A stretch of 57,394 nt of DNA, counting the filler, from Basidioascus undulatus (lineage: Eukaryota), in NCBI GenBank assembly GCA_000826855.1. It is 4 parts of 4 records of this genome, joined end to end, with 100 filler letters (N's around TTAATTAATTAA, not from the genome) between each part and the next. Parts side by side here need not be neighbours in the genome. Positions count along the whole stretch, not along the records: positions 9,322 to 38,752 come from JTLS01000128.1; 3 more parts are not named here. The stretch is one strand, 5' to 3'. Numbering within the stretch: position 1 is the first letter of the stretch; every line of letters starts with the position of its first letter. The notes under the pieces are model-generated. The model did no database searches, was not told where the DNA came from, and saw only the letters and a program-made list of their open reading frames with translations. Positions 25,551 to 37,864 of the stretch are shown here, piece by piece. A program made the position numbers and the translations under genes.

Positions 25551-26038
25551 GCGTCCTTTTCATCCATACACTGTTGTGATATTATCAAGCAGCGTCCGCA
25601 GTCAGAGGAATCGTCATCTCGTTTGCCAGGCTGCCTGAATTGCAGTGCACTTGCCGTGAATGTCAGACTGGGTGCCTTCGTGAGCTGCCGGCATAGTCCC
25701 GCGATGTCAGCAACATTCTTTGCATGGTGTCTGTGTCATACCCATAGAACAGGCATGGACGTGTTGGAGGTCTATCACGGCACACTGGGGCGCATTCGAG
25801 CGACTGAGGGTCCGGTTGGCCGAAGTTGCTGCCGCCAGATTCGGGAGGGTAGAACGGCATCAACCATGAAGAGCACGCCTTCTGAGTAAAACTAACAGCT
25901 GATAATGCACTGATCTGAGCTTTCCGTGACATGCTACCCTCGAGATAGCAAAGGGCGAAGGCAGTCCGCACGGCACGAGGCGTGACAGCAGGTAGAAATG
26001 CGTTCTGTGGTACTGATACATCGACACCGGAGTCCATT

Positions 26039-26742
26039 TTATTCAGAGGCGCTCATAATTGCGTTGATCTGATCCGAGAGCCAGGGAAATGGTGAGCACT
26101 TGTCTCCGACACAGCCCATCCAGTAGTCACCCAAGACGACGCACCAGATCACCGTTGTTCTCCTTAAGAACCTTGACCGCCTTCGCCCGAGAGCAGCCGA
26201 CCTGAGCAACAACGAGCTCGATGTCCTTGGCATCGACGCCGGTCTCGTCAACCTCACCCTCCTCCTCCGCCTCAGCCTCCTTGCCCTTGCCGGAGCCCTC
26301 GGCGGCGGCAGCGGCCTGGATGTCGGCGACGATGTCCTCCGGACGCTTGGACGCGAGCTTCTCCTGCGCCTCAACGGCGGCAAGCTGCTGCGCGGCGCTG
26401 AGCTGGGAAGCGTGCGCCTGGTCCTCGACCTTGAACTCGCCGAAGACCTGTGATTCCGTTCCAGCGTCAGCGGCCCGCCCGTTGGAGCAGCCGCTCGGGG
26501 GAACGCACAATGTGGATGTCGGAGCTCGGGGAGCGGTAGACGTCGGGGTTGGAGAGGACGAAGAGGACGTTCTTGGGACGGCGGAGGACGACGCGGGTGA
26601 TGCCAGGGACCTTCTTGAGGCCGAGGTTGGCGAGCGCCTTGCGCGCCTTGCGCTCAGCACGGGACTGGACCTTCTCGAGGTCGGCGTCGCCCGCCTGGAG
26701 GTCGAGGTTCTGGATGTCGGGGAGCTCTTCGATCGAGGCCAT
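26039..26742 (-). CDS. EGD2: Nascent polypeptide-associated complex alpha subunit
   Basis: NAC domain '[46 protein letters not shown]' and UBA-like '[44 protein letters not shown]'. Confidence 0.95.
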
Positions 26743-27135
26743 TGTTGCGGTGAGTGTGCGGTGTGGAAGGTGCGAGCGGAAGGCGAAGGGGCAGATGTAG
26801 TCGTGACGCGAAAAGGCCGGGCTTCTGCGATCTCGCAGTCAGTGTCGGCCTTACGGTTATGCGCGCAGCGTGCCTGTTTCCGTTGCCATTTTGCAATGCA
26901 TCCAGACATGCACCGTGCTCATATAGGGTTTTTGAAATATAAGAGGTGTTCACACATTCAGAAAGTGGGCCACTACAAAACATTACTGCGGCTCTCGACT
27001 TCCGAACGATCTGGTTTCTCGGCTGCTGAATGGCAGACAGTGCAAGTGATGCACGGTGGAAGAGCGTGGATCACCATAACATGCACAAACCCACATACAA
27101 ATGGAATGTAGAACGCAATACAACTATCAAAGAAA

Positions 27136-29425
27136 TCAAATTTGTCTGTTAAGCTGGACGAGCTGCGCCTTCTGCTCTGCGACCCTTGCATCCCGGTTCT
27201 CCCCCAGCCGCAGGGCGAGGCCGACGACCGAGCTCGAGTCGTGATCGGCATTGAAGTACATGGGCGCCTCGGACCGGCTGGGTGTATAAGGGTCGTACCA
27301 TGGGGAGACCTGGGGGTGTCCCTTTGCGTCGACAGCCGGGATAACCGCCTGCTTGAAGTCCTCCTTCGAGGACGAAGAGCCCGGAGAAGCTGCCGGGGCA
27401 TTTTCACCCCCGCAGCTGCCTGCGTACGACATGACCAGCGTCTCCACGTGCACTTCGATGTGGCCGAGCGTGGTCAGGGCCTCCCCGCCGGGCACAGGCT
27501 CGACGCTGGACCCGAGAGCCGAGCCTCGGTAGATGGCCCGCAGCGTTCGGATGCCGCGCTGAATCGATGGGTCGAAGACGGCGACGATGGCGTCTACCAG
27601 TGTCATGATGAGCAGAGCAATCCACCAAGAGGATTTTCTCTGTGTACTCACATACAACCGGTCGCACCGAGTAGATCAAGTTGTACATGAGATAGAACTC
27701 ATACTCGCGCTTGGTGTAGATCGCTCCGATTGCGGAGAAGTACAAATCCGTGGCTGTGACGATGAGGTTCAGAACACAGCTCACTGCGGGATATATCGCT
27801 GTATGGAGAGGCTGTAAGTGTAACCGCCGCAAAAGAATGAACCGTCCAAAAGGCCAAATGGCTCGAGTTTCTTACCGATGCCCAAGACGATGCCTCGGAA
27901 ACGGCTGTGGGATGCGAGCGTCTTCCCCGCGGTGCTTTGCCGCTGCCGCGACGATTTGCGATTGTTCGACTAGCTCGTTTCATTAGCGTAGTTCGAGCGA
28001 TCGCGAGCGAGGGGAAGATCTGGACATCTTTCTTGCAGCGGACTCATACAGGCAACTGTGATCAGCGAAAACAAAGGCTGCTAGTGCTTCAGTTGGGATT
28101 TGACGCCCTGTGTCGGTACAAGCTGCCAAAGACGAACAGGAAGCAGAAAACTTCTGCCGCGACAGCCAGCAGGACCCCTGGCAATATTCGTCGCCATGCC
28201 ATTGTAGTTGCAGATGGTCAAAGAGTGACGCACAGAAATACTGAGTACCAATCTGCCAAAGGAGTCGTTCGACGTCGTTATCCTCGCGCATCTAGCAGGC
28301 GTGTAGGACATTGTCAAAGCAAAGCTTGCCCGCGGCCACTGTGGTGCAACAGCGATGAGCACGCTTCTTGATCCAAGGAAACGGGACCGGACACCTTACG
28401 TAGAGGGATCGAGACGGCCAGGTTGAGCACAACGGCAAAGCCAATGTAGTACCACTCGAGCCTGAGGCCATTCACTCCGTGGACCAAGACGAGCTGGAGG
28501 TTGATGGCCACGGAAAGCAGCAAGTAGTTGGAGAGACCGAGAAACAGCTAGGTGGGAGAACGCCGGTGATGGAACCTCGAATCTGCCACCGGCGTTGAAC
28601 GCACCTGGAGAAGCCAAGGGGCGGTTGAGCACCAAAATGCGGCGGCGGATGAGTGAGGACTGGAACGCCCGCTCCGCCCTTTCGCAAGCATTCCCGACAA
28701 ATGTGAGGTGGCAGAAGATACAGGCCGGGATAGGGCATGACGCTGCCATCCACTGGCCGTCCGTCCTTGGTGTATGGCTGGACGACGCGGTACCCCTCGG
28801 CCGGAGCCTTATGGCCGTGCCTCCGGCCTGGTCCTCGGCAGGTACGGCAGGGACCACGTGAATGACGAGCTGGAGGTTTCGATGCGTGCCATGGTTGGGG
28901 TAAAGGAAGAGATTACCGAGCGCCAAGAGGGACTGGGCATGTACGTTGACTATGTGAATCTGAAGAAGGCGCTGCAGAGTGGCAAGCCAGACGATGTGAG
29001 GACCGCGCTGAAGCAGCCGGGGCGCTTCTGGAACAAGTCTATAGAGTATAAGATACCAAAGAATTTACGTCTGGATCAGTCCAGTTCAATTAAAAGGATA
29101 GGGTGACAACTTACTTGCAAACGAGCGCATACGCCAGGAGGCGAAATGACAGACGGTCCAAGGCCGGGAGATAGGGTTCCATGCGATAATCGCAATGAGG
29201 ACGAGGACGAAGGATTCAAGAATTGTTCTAGATGGTTGGACGGAGGATGTTATCAGCTACTTCCAACATGTCAAGTGAACTATGCCGCCTGCACGCGAGG
29301 GACCCAGCAACAGTGAGCCAGCCGTTCCACTCGTTCGTTTTGAATGCAAGCTCGTTGGTGAGGTACGATGATATATTCTCTCTTCTGATAAGGCCGGAAG
29401 ACCCCGCCCATTGTGAGGTGGCCAT
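27136..29425 (-). pseudogene. Multi-pass membrane, GPCR-like gene, disrupted
   Basis: Spliced pieces: 'FVLVLIAIIAWNPISRP/LDRLSFRLLAYALVC', 'AFWCSTAPWLLQ-LFLGLSNYLLLSVAINLQLVLVHGVNGLRLEWYYI', 'WQIGTQYFWVLLAVAAEVFCFLFVF', 'IYPAVSCVLN', 'AVFDPSIQRG'. Lesions: frameshift near 29160, in-frame TAG at 28292-28294 and a ~375-bp insertion. Confidence 0.7.
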
Positions 29426-31151
29426 CGAGATTCCGCAACGAGAGGACCGGCGGCAGTGTCGAGACCGATTTGTTGGATTGGAAGGAAGCAGAGAGCGTGG
29501 GGGGTATCGTGCGATGGAACGGGGGAAAGGACAGATCGTGTAGCATATATCCACTTTCGATCGCACTCTCAAAGGAGAGCGTCTTCGAGATGGATGGAAG
29601 AGGCGCTACGGCTCCTGTCGCGGGATCCGAGAACCTGTCCACACTGTATTGTCAGGACAACGCCTCGAAAGGCAGCAAGGATCTCCTCGGCGAGTTTGGG
29701 GCATACGGTTTATTGGGTTTCAATGCTGTCACAGTGTCGCCCGAAGCGCCACGACAACTGAGGCGATTGCGGATGCTCTTGGCGATCAACATAAGGACTG
29801 CGAGCATCCCTCCGCGTCTCTCCGCGCTACAACAGGGGAAAAATCGTCGTCTACCCTTGATGCCTCCGAACCCAGGCGGTAGACTACCTTGAATTAAAGG
29901 AGCTGTAAATTCTGAAAACTACCTAATCCAAGAAGCTGGTCCACCACCTTGCCTGGCAGCAGCCGGCTGGTCGACCGGTTGAAAAGGTCGACGTTACGTG
30001 CAACTGCTACCATTCTTATCGATTATCTGTTTGGCAACCTGCTTTACACGATTACCTCCGAAACCTATCCTTCCAACTGTGCACATATAAAAGCCGAGTC
30101 TCTTCTTCAGTCGTTATCTGCCGTCAAAGGTGAGGGTCAGGCACGACGTTTTTAGGCTCTGGCAGCACACTGACGTTCCTTTCTGTCCCGTCCAGTTCGA
30201 AGACACATGGTGAACAGCCCAAATTTTGGGCACCGTACTAAAAATACCCAGTGTATCGATCGACAGATCGTCAATCAAGCCGTTCGTTGCGAGGTAGACA
30301 GGCGTGATGCCCAAGCGTGCACCCAGTCAAAGCGGTATGAAAGGCAAGGCAGCTCAATCAAGGATGGCTGCTCGGTTGTTCTATAGGGTGCAGTTTTGTG
30401 TACATTCACTTATCCTCAATCAAACCTGATGAACGTGTTGTGGCGGGAAGGAAAGAAGACGCTGATCGGAGCTGCTGTTAACACCCTTCTCGTAATGCTC
30501 GAATGTTCGCCAACGTTTAGGGGACGCCGGCGGAGCATGGGAGCTAGGACATTTGGCGGAGGGCGTAATTTGGGGAACTATCCGTGAATTCCACATTAAC
30601 CGAGAGCGATTCAGACTCGGACGAGTGTCAACAGCGACGACCTCGCCTTGTTCCCCGACGCAGCCGCGAGGGAATCTATCCTGATGCCATGGGGTGAGAG
30701 GGCCCTGGTTTTTCTTATGGCTAACAATTGCGATGTTCATTCAACTTGTTAGCCATCAATATCCGTTAGGCCGTAGCACGACTGCAGGATGGGCTGTCGG
30801 ACTGCAGTGTCTGTCCTGAGTGTGCCAAAGGAACTCCAGACACACAGTGTGCGGCTTGGAATTAGCACTTCTTCATTCAGCCTATGTTATGCAATGTGAC
30901 TGCCGATTGCAGCATGTCTGCGTATGTAAAGATGAAAATGGTGTGGGTGAGGAAGTGTGTGCGGTTGTACCCGTACTGTACTCATCGTAATTTCCAGCCA
31001 GCCGGACTTGGCCTGGCTGACTGGCCTCGACGCGTTGCTCGCAGCTTGACCTTGCGATGCCTGCTTCCCAGCTGGCCGTCTCGCTTGTCCACTCACCGCC
31101 ACCTTTGCCAACTGAGCTCTCGCCGCCGGAGACGACACGGCCGGTGCTCGC

Positions 31152-32805
31152 ATGCCCGCTTCTGACGCGAACGCGCCTCATACGTGCGACGAGGACGTGT
31201 CGGGGCTGGCGCAGCGGCAGGGGCAGGAGTGCTTCGAGATCGTCTGCATTGGGTCGGGGTGCGTCTCCTCTCGCGTACAGCTTTGATTCCATGCTTGGCA
31301 CTGATGAGGAGAGGGGTGGCTCGGTCAGTGGTGGTCCAGATGAGACGAACCTCTCTTGGTACGTTTGGACGGGGTGCGCGCTCTGCGAAGCTCCTAAATT
31401 GAACACGCTCAGCTTGGCACAGCTATCTCTTGAAGCCCAGCTCGCAGAGGTGGGAAGATGGGTGTATAGCTTTGGATGCCGGTGCGTGCATGAAGGACGT
31501 TTCCGAATCCTCAAGCTTCATCTCATGGAGGCAGGACGGATTTGGCAGGTTCGGGACTCGGCGCACTCACCAACCGCCTCGCCGCCTCCCCGTCGCTCCT
31601 CTCCGCGCTTTCACCCTCGTCCTACACCAAACACCTACAACCAGCCCAAGTAGCGTCCCACATATTTACTCACCTCCAGTAACTTTGTCGCAATCTCATC
31701 GTCTTACTCCCACGGCTGCTCACGCGCCGCAATCCCAATCCAGCGACTACCTGCTCACTCATTCTCACCTCGACCACATCGCGGCGCTACCGCTCAACTC
31801 TTCTTTTTCGCTGGGACCGTACAAACGGATTCTCGGGACTCGTAGTACGCTGAAGGGCGTTGACGCCGTCTTTAGCGGCACACTGTGGCCGAGGTTGGCC
31901 AGCTGGGAGGACGAGGGACTCATGCGGCTTGTTGAGTGCGTCCCTATGGCTTCCTTCCACTTTCCGTTTTGGATGCAGGGCAGATGATGAGGGAGTCCGC
32001 CGCTCACCAGACTGGCTCCCCTCACCCGACATACGCTCCACCCGCACACCCTGTCCGCCGAAGCCTACCCGATTTCGCACGGCGCCCATCCCTCGTACAC
32101 GTCCCCTTCCGTCCCGCAACCTCAACTGAGCCCCTCCCCCTCCGCCGCCGCCGCTAGTCCCGGCCTAGAAACACGGGTGTACGAGTCCACTGCGTACTTC
32201 ATCAACGCATCCGACCGGTCGTTCCTTTTCTGGGGTGACGTCGAGCCCGACGCGCTCTCCTCGTCGCCCCGCAACAGGCGGGTCTGGGAAGAGTGCGCGA
32301 GACGCTTTGTGGATGGGCGGTTGAACTGGGTCTGGTTAGAATGTAGCTATACGGTGCGTCCTCGTCTTTACCCTCCTTCTCTTGTTCTCCTCGCAGGCGG
32401 GTCTGGAGCTCAAATTAGCGTGCTGCAGGACGACCGACTGGACCATCTGCTATATGGGCATCTTACGCCCACCCATCTAATACGCGAGCTGCAAACGCTT
32501 GCCGCGCTGGTCACCGCTCGGCGCTACACCTCCACTAAAACTCGCACTACCTGCTCCTTGCGGCCGCTCCGCGGCCTCACGCTTGCCATCATCCACATCA
32601 AGGAATCTCCGATCGCAGGCGCCGGCGTGACTGCCGCGCAGGTCATGCGCGAGCTTCGGGCGCTCGGCGAGCGCGCGGGGCTGGGCGTCGAGTGGAAGAT
32701 GGTCGAGCCGGGGGAGAGGATCGGTGAGCCGCTTGCAGTCTTCCTCTACGCCGAGAGTGCAGAGAAGGGTGCTGATGAGATACACCGGTGTCACCAGTAT
32801 TTTGA
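31152..32805 (+). CDS. PDE1: Class II (low-affinity) cAMP phosphodiesterase
   Basis: 'SGGPDETNLS', 'IALDAG', metal-binding 'THSHLDH', 'FLFWGDVEPD', 'LECSY', 'LYGHLTP', 'IIHIK'; multi-exon, and the exons checked stay in frame. Confidence 0.9.
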
Positions 32806-33405
32806 CTTGTCGACTTCCATCTTTTTGGGGTTTGCATGCTTGGATTTTGTTCACTAGTCCTTCGCCCGTTGTTGTTATCTACTTTTTACTGTGCATGTAC
32901 GATGTCACTCGCCCATGCGGGCTGTATTTATACCGTCCACTCGCTGTTTTTGCCAGCATCTCGTAGCGTGCGGCACTGCGCTATCGGAGCATGACGGACG
33001 TTCGCCGAAGACCTTCCATGCTCACACATCGAAGCACACGCGCAAAAAGACATCATCGTTCCAGGGCATTGCTTTATTCGGACTCTCGTGACAAACGGTG
33101 GTCATCATAGGGCAGAGCAGATCAGAAACTGAGCGTGGTGCTAGCGAGAGAAATAGAGATGTAAAGTATTAAGATAGCGAAAGATGAAAGTGATCGACAC
33201 GTGCAGATGCAATGACGGGCCAGGGCGCGAAGGAAAGTTGCGGTCGTGATGGACACGAGAAAAGACAACGGCCGGGTGGGACGAAACAAGTCCAGCGCAG
33301 AAGTGGGTTGGGGAGAGTACAGAAAAGAAGAGAATACGCTCGTGGGCTTGGGAAATGAGTGGGAAATGAGAGGTGAACATCATGTCGGGGCGACCTGTGA
33401 GCCAG

Positions 33406-34928
33406 CTATCGGCTAAACAGCTTGACGCCCCCATCCGCTCCCGCACTAGCGAACCACTCCTTCTCCTTCTCCTTCTCCTTCTCCTTCTCGAGCTTCCGCG
33501 GCGGCCCGAAAGCGACAGCGAGGACACCCTCGCCGTCCATCGGGCGCTGGCCGCCGACCTCCTGCGCGCAGCTGCCCGCGCCGTCCGGGCCCGGGCCAAG
33601 CCCGACCCAGAAGCGCGCGCTGCAGTCGTGCGAGGCCGAGACGAGCGTGGCGGAGGGTGCGTGAAGCGCGAGCGACGTGCAGGCCGCGTGGTGCGCAACG
33701 AGCGTTTGCAGGCGGGCGCCTGTTTGGGGCAATTCGTGCGCGTCAGTTCAAGTTCAAGATGGAGATAGGTGAGATGAAAAAGAGCGCGCACCGGTCTCGA
33801 GCGACCACATCCGGATCTTGCCGTCCTCGTGCGCCGTGTAGAGGTACGGTTCCGTCGGGTGAGAGACGAGCGCGTTGACTTGGTACAACATGGACTCGGT
33901 CGCTACGGGGGAACAGCTCAAGTCAGCCAAGCGGACCTCATCGTCATTTCCCGCAGCGCGGACTCACTCTCAACGCCCTCGTCGTCGACCACAAGTTTGA
34001 GGATCTCCCTCCCGCTGTCCACCTCGTACACCTTCGCGCACCCGTCCGCCCAGCCGACGGCAACGCGGTCGGCGTACATGCCCACACTCGCCACCGCCGT
34101 AGCGGCGATGTCCTTGGCGTCTCCCTCTCCTTGGCCCTCTCCCGTGCCATCGTATCCCCAGCTGCCCTGCAGCTCGCCCTCCTCGCTCCAGCACTTGACC
34201 GCGCCTTCCGCGCCGACGCTAACGACGCGCGCGCCCTTGACGCACACGACGCCCCACACCGCGTCCGTGTGGCCGACGAAGACTGGCCCGGCAAGGGAGG
34301 GGTCGTACGAGCTGTAGGGCGCGACGGACGCGGGCGGGATGCGCCAGGATCGGACGGTCGTGTCCAGCGAAGCGGTGAAGATCCGCTGCGAGGCGGGCGA
34401 GATGCAGAGCGACGTGATCGGCTCCGAGTGGCCCCGGAACGTCATCTGAGGCTCGATCTCGGGCGTGCCGCTCGTTCTGTGGTGGCGCATCAAATCCACA
34501 TTTCGTCAGTCAAAGGCATGCCACACAGACAGAACAAGTCGAACGCACTTGGATGCTTGAAGTTGTTGGGGATTCAACCTCCAGACCTTGAGCGTCGCGT
34601 CGTCCGAGCCCGTGGCGAGTACGAGTTCCCGACTGTCGAACGCGACGGCCCTGACCACGTCAAGATGACTGTCCCGACCCCCGCACGAAGTCAGCTACTT
34701 CTTCCCCTCATGCTGCTCCTCCTGCCCCGCAGCGCACCTGCGTAACGTCCTCTTGGACTTCCACAGCTTGTGCGTCGACTTGGTCCCAGCGGGCGTGACG
34801 AGCTCGTCGTTGCTGTTCGTGCCGTGCTTGCCGTCCTCGTCGCGCGACTCGCACTCGTCCTCCTCGCTCAGACTCAGATTCGCCAAGTCCGCATCGCCGC
34901 CGCCGGCTGTGTCCATCCCACCGCGCAT
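33406..34928 (-). CDS. Striatin-like WD40 protein (C-terminal propeller only)
   Basis: 'WKSKRTLR-SHLDVVRAV', 'EPQMTFRGHSEPIT', 'YSSYDPS...FVGHTDAVWG', 'VNALVSHPT...TAHEDG', 'LVSASHDCSARFW', 'FASAGADGGVKLF' are typical striatin/Pro11/Far8 WD40 motifs. No N-terminal striatin coiled coil is seen. Confidence 0.75.
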
Positions 34929-37864
34929 TCAGTCTCTGAACGAGAAAGGAGATAAGGGTCGAGGGCCGAGATGGTAGCTGCTCACCTTCCCGCGCCGCCG
35001 CAGTCGCATTAAGCCCGTTCGTGCTCTGGCGCCGGTTGATCGTCTTCGTGTTACTGGCGTTCTTCTTCTGCCATCACCGTCACCCAGCCGCCGCAGCATC
35101 AGCAAACCGCACACGGACAGAAAGGCCGCCTCCACTGCGAGCGAGCGAGAATGGAAGCGCGAGTCGTGGATGTGCGTTATGTGCGAAAGATGCATGGGGC
35201 TGCCCACCGTCGGATTCGGATTCGGATTCTTATCAAAGTGTGTGTACGTGTGGGTGTGTGATGGCAAAGGAAAAAGAAACAGAAACGGAAAGGAAGGGCG
35301 CGCGCGTCGTGCGAGGGGTGTGCAAAATCCAACAACAAGGCGGCGTATCAAACAGTGAAGAAGGAACAAGGAAAGGTAAGGAAGAAGGGGAAAGGGCAGT
35401 TGTATGCAGCGGGGATTAATAGAGAACGTGCAAGGCAGAGAGGCAAAGGGAGGCCAAGAGGACAATAGCTTGATGGAAGGGACAAAGGAAGGCGAGGAGG
35501 TGGACAGGAGGACGATAGGACTAAGGAAGGTGACAATAGGGAGAGGGTAGCAGAGGGTGTAGATGTCCTTGGTGAAGGGAGGGAGGGTATTCATGACAAA
35601 AGCTTGCGTTGTGTTAATTGTATTAACGACATTTCTTGTTGGCCGCCTTTCATGTTCCCCCTCCGTGTTTTACAAGTGCCTGCGATAAATGAAGTTCGAC
35701 CTATTTGCTGCAATAGAGCAAGTGAGCGAAGCTTGATTAAATTTGAGATTAGGCTTGCAATTCCTAGGGTGCATAGTTGAGTGGACCCCCGCCTGTTGGC
35801 CTTACCCCTGGTACAGAGGAGACCCGTCGTCTTGCGAATGTGTGTTGACTTACCGTCTCCTTTCTTTCTCCTGTCGGATATACAGCCTTTACATGTACAT
35901 GTCTAAACCTTTATGGGCAGTAACCTCGGATGGGAAGGCCGATATGTAGTGCGAGCAGCAGGAGGGTCAGCAAGTGCAGCCTACACTGCGGGGAGGGCCA
36001 AGTACTTCCAGGAAGTACATGGGCATGACACGCGGAAGTACCTCAGGTTGCTCCGGGCCACGGAAGACGTGGAAAAGAATTGGATAGATGCGATGAACTT
36101 CTCTCGCGTACTTCAGCGAGAATTACCTATGAAATCCTTCATGTATTCCACGTCGAAAGCACTGCCTTCCAGGTCTCTTTCAGGACAGATCACGACATCC
36201 ACTCGGCACCGCAAGGAATACAGTACCAAGCTTGAGTACTTCAATGTCCCAGTGGCCACTTGCTCTTGACCTCTCCCAATAATCACACCGGCCCCTGCTC
36301 CACCGCAAGGAGCAGTGTACCCTCTCCATTTCGTTACCATGGGATGGTGCTGTGAACGGAGGAGTGCATGAGGGGGATGCAAAAATGGTCAATGACACGG
36401 CTTTTGCGCCGACAGATGCTTGTTCTCGTGCGTCGAGTCTCATTTTCTCTCAAGTTTGTGCGATTTCACACACGCTCATCATTTCCGGCACTTTATGTAC
36501 AAACACACGTATCATTTAACTTGCCATTTCATGGTATGGGCTGAGATCGAGATGAGTGGGATATGGGTGTTGCCAGCTAGCTGAACATCCGTTGCTCGCA
36601 GCCGCGTCAGTGCACAAAACAGCATCGATGCCCCATCCCCTGGGGAACTCGCGGAGCTCCGTCGTGTCATCACAAAAGACATATGCTCAAGAATCCTTGT
36701 CTCCTCGGTTACGCAACAGCTTCGCTGCATGCAGTCGGCAGGCGTCGCAGCCTGATGCACTTTCACTCTTCTTCGTTCTCTTTTTGTCCTACTGTACCGG
36801 AGTCCCATCACCCATCACACCAACCCCGAAAGAAGCGGCTTCTTCAATATTCCCGCCACGTCGTATTGCTTCACCAACCCGCCCCGGCAACCGCAACCGG
36901 TATAGCCAACCGCCTCCTTCAGCGCGCCAGGCGCGAATTGACGCAATCTAGCTGGCCTGCGCGATAAACCATCTCGCGCGCACGTTCTGCCATTTGAGTC
37001 TTTCTTGCCAAGGCTTGCTCGTTTCGACTGTTTGTGTGTGTTCTGTGATGGACGTTCGTGGGTGGAAGATGGAAGCACGGGCGATGGGAGGGCGGAGAAG
37101 GGGAGATCGAGAGGGGAATGAGTGACGGGAGGTGTGGGAGTGGAAGCCAAGGCGATGCCGGTGCGGGGCTCGCTGCTATCTGATGGATGTGCCCCGCTCG
37201 ACGATTTCGTAGCCGAGCACGAACGTCTTCTTCATCCTACTCTTCATCCTACATAAGCATCTCATCCTCGTCTTCACCGACGTCGAAGTCGCATTACGCG
37301 CGCAGAATCGAGCGCAGTCAAGTCACCGATCGCATTCATTAAACGGGGTTCTGGACCTTTCACACGTGATAGCGCGCGTGTAGCGCTCGATAGCGTCTCC
37401 TGGGGCCTCTCCTCCCTCCCCCCTGCCCTTCACTCGCCTCCTCCCACCCCTTCACTCGCCTCCCTCCCACCGCCGCATACCGCCAGTGAGTCGCGAGCCG
37501 CCGTTCCTGCCAAGGTGAGTGTAAAGCACAGGGGAAGGCCTTGGGGAGTGTTGCTTTGCTTGGGAGGGCAGTCCGGAGACACCCACGGGCCCTCGAAGGA
37601 CTCGCTAGGTCGTCGCCAAGACATGCCTACCTCACACCCGTCCCCTCGCACTCCCGCTTCGTATGCTGCGAGTAGGGCTCATCTCCGCAGATAGGAGACC
37701 GAGACTCGGACTCGAGCCTGTTTTGCTCTGCTGCTGCTGCTGCTGCGAGAAGCGGTGCCGCTGCGTTGGGTTGTCCACGCTCATCACCTCGTCCTCCTCC
37801 TCTCGCTCGTCACGCTCTAACGCCCCAATTCGATCGAACGCTGACTCATACACACACGACCATC

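Noticed and set aside
29413..30880. Short ORFs between the GPCR-like pseudogene and PDE1
   Set aside because: No recognisable family and no consistent exon chain could be built.
33459..33490. Short tandem repeats: (TTCTCC)n here, (CTG)n near 37730, (ACCCCG)n near 48185
   Set aside because: Ordinary microsatellites or low-complexity coding (EKEKEK, TPTPTP); no spacers, so not CRISPR-like.
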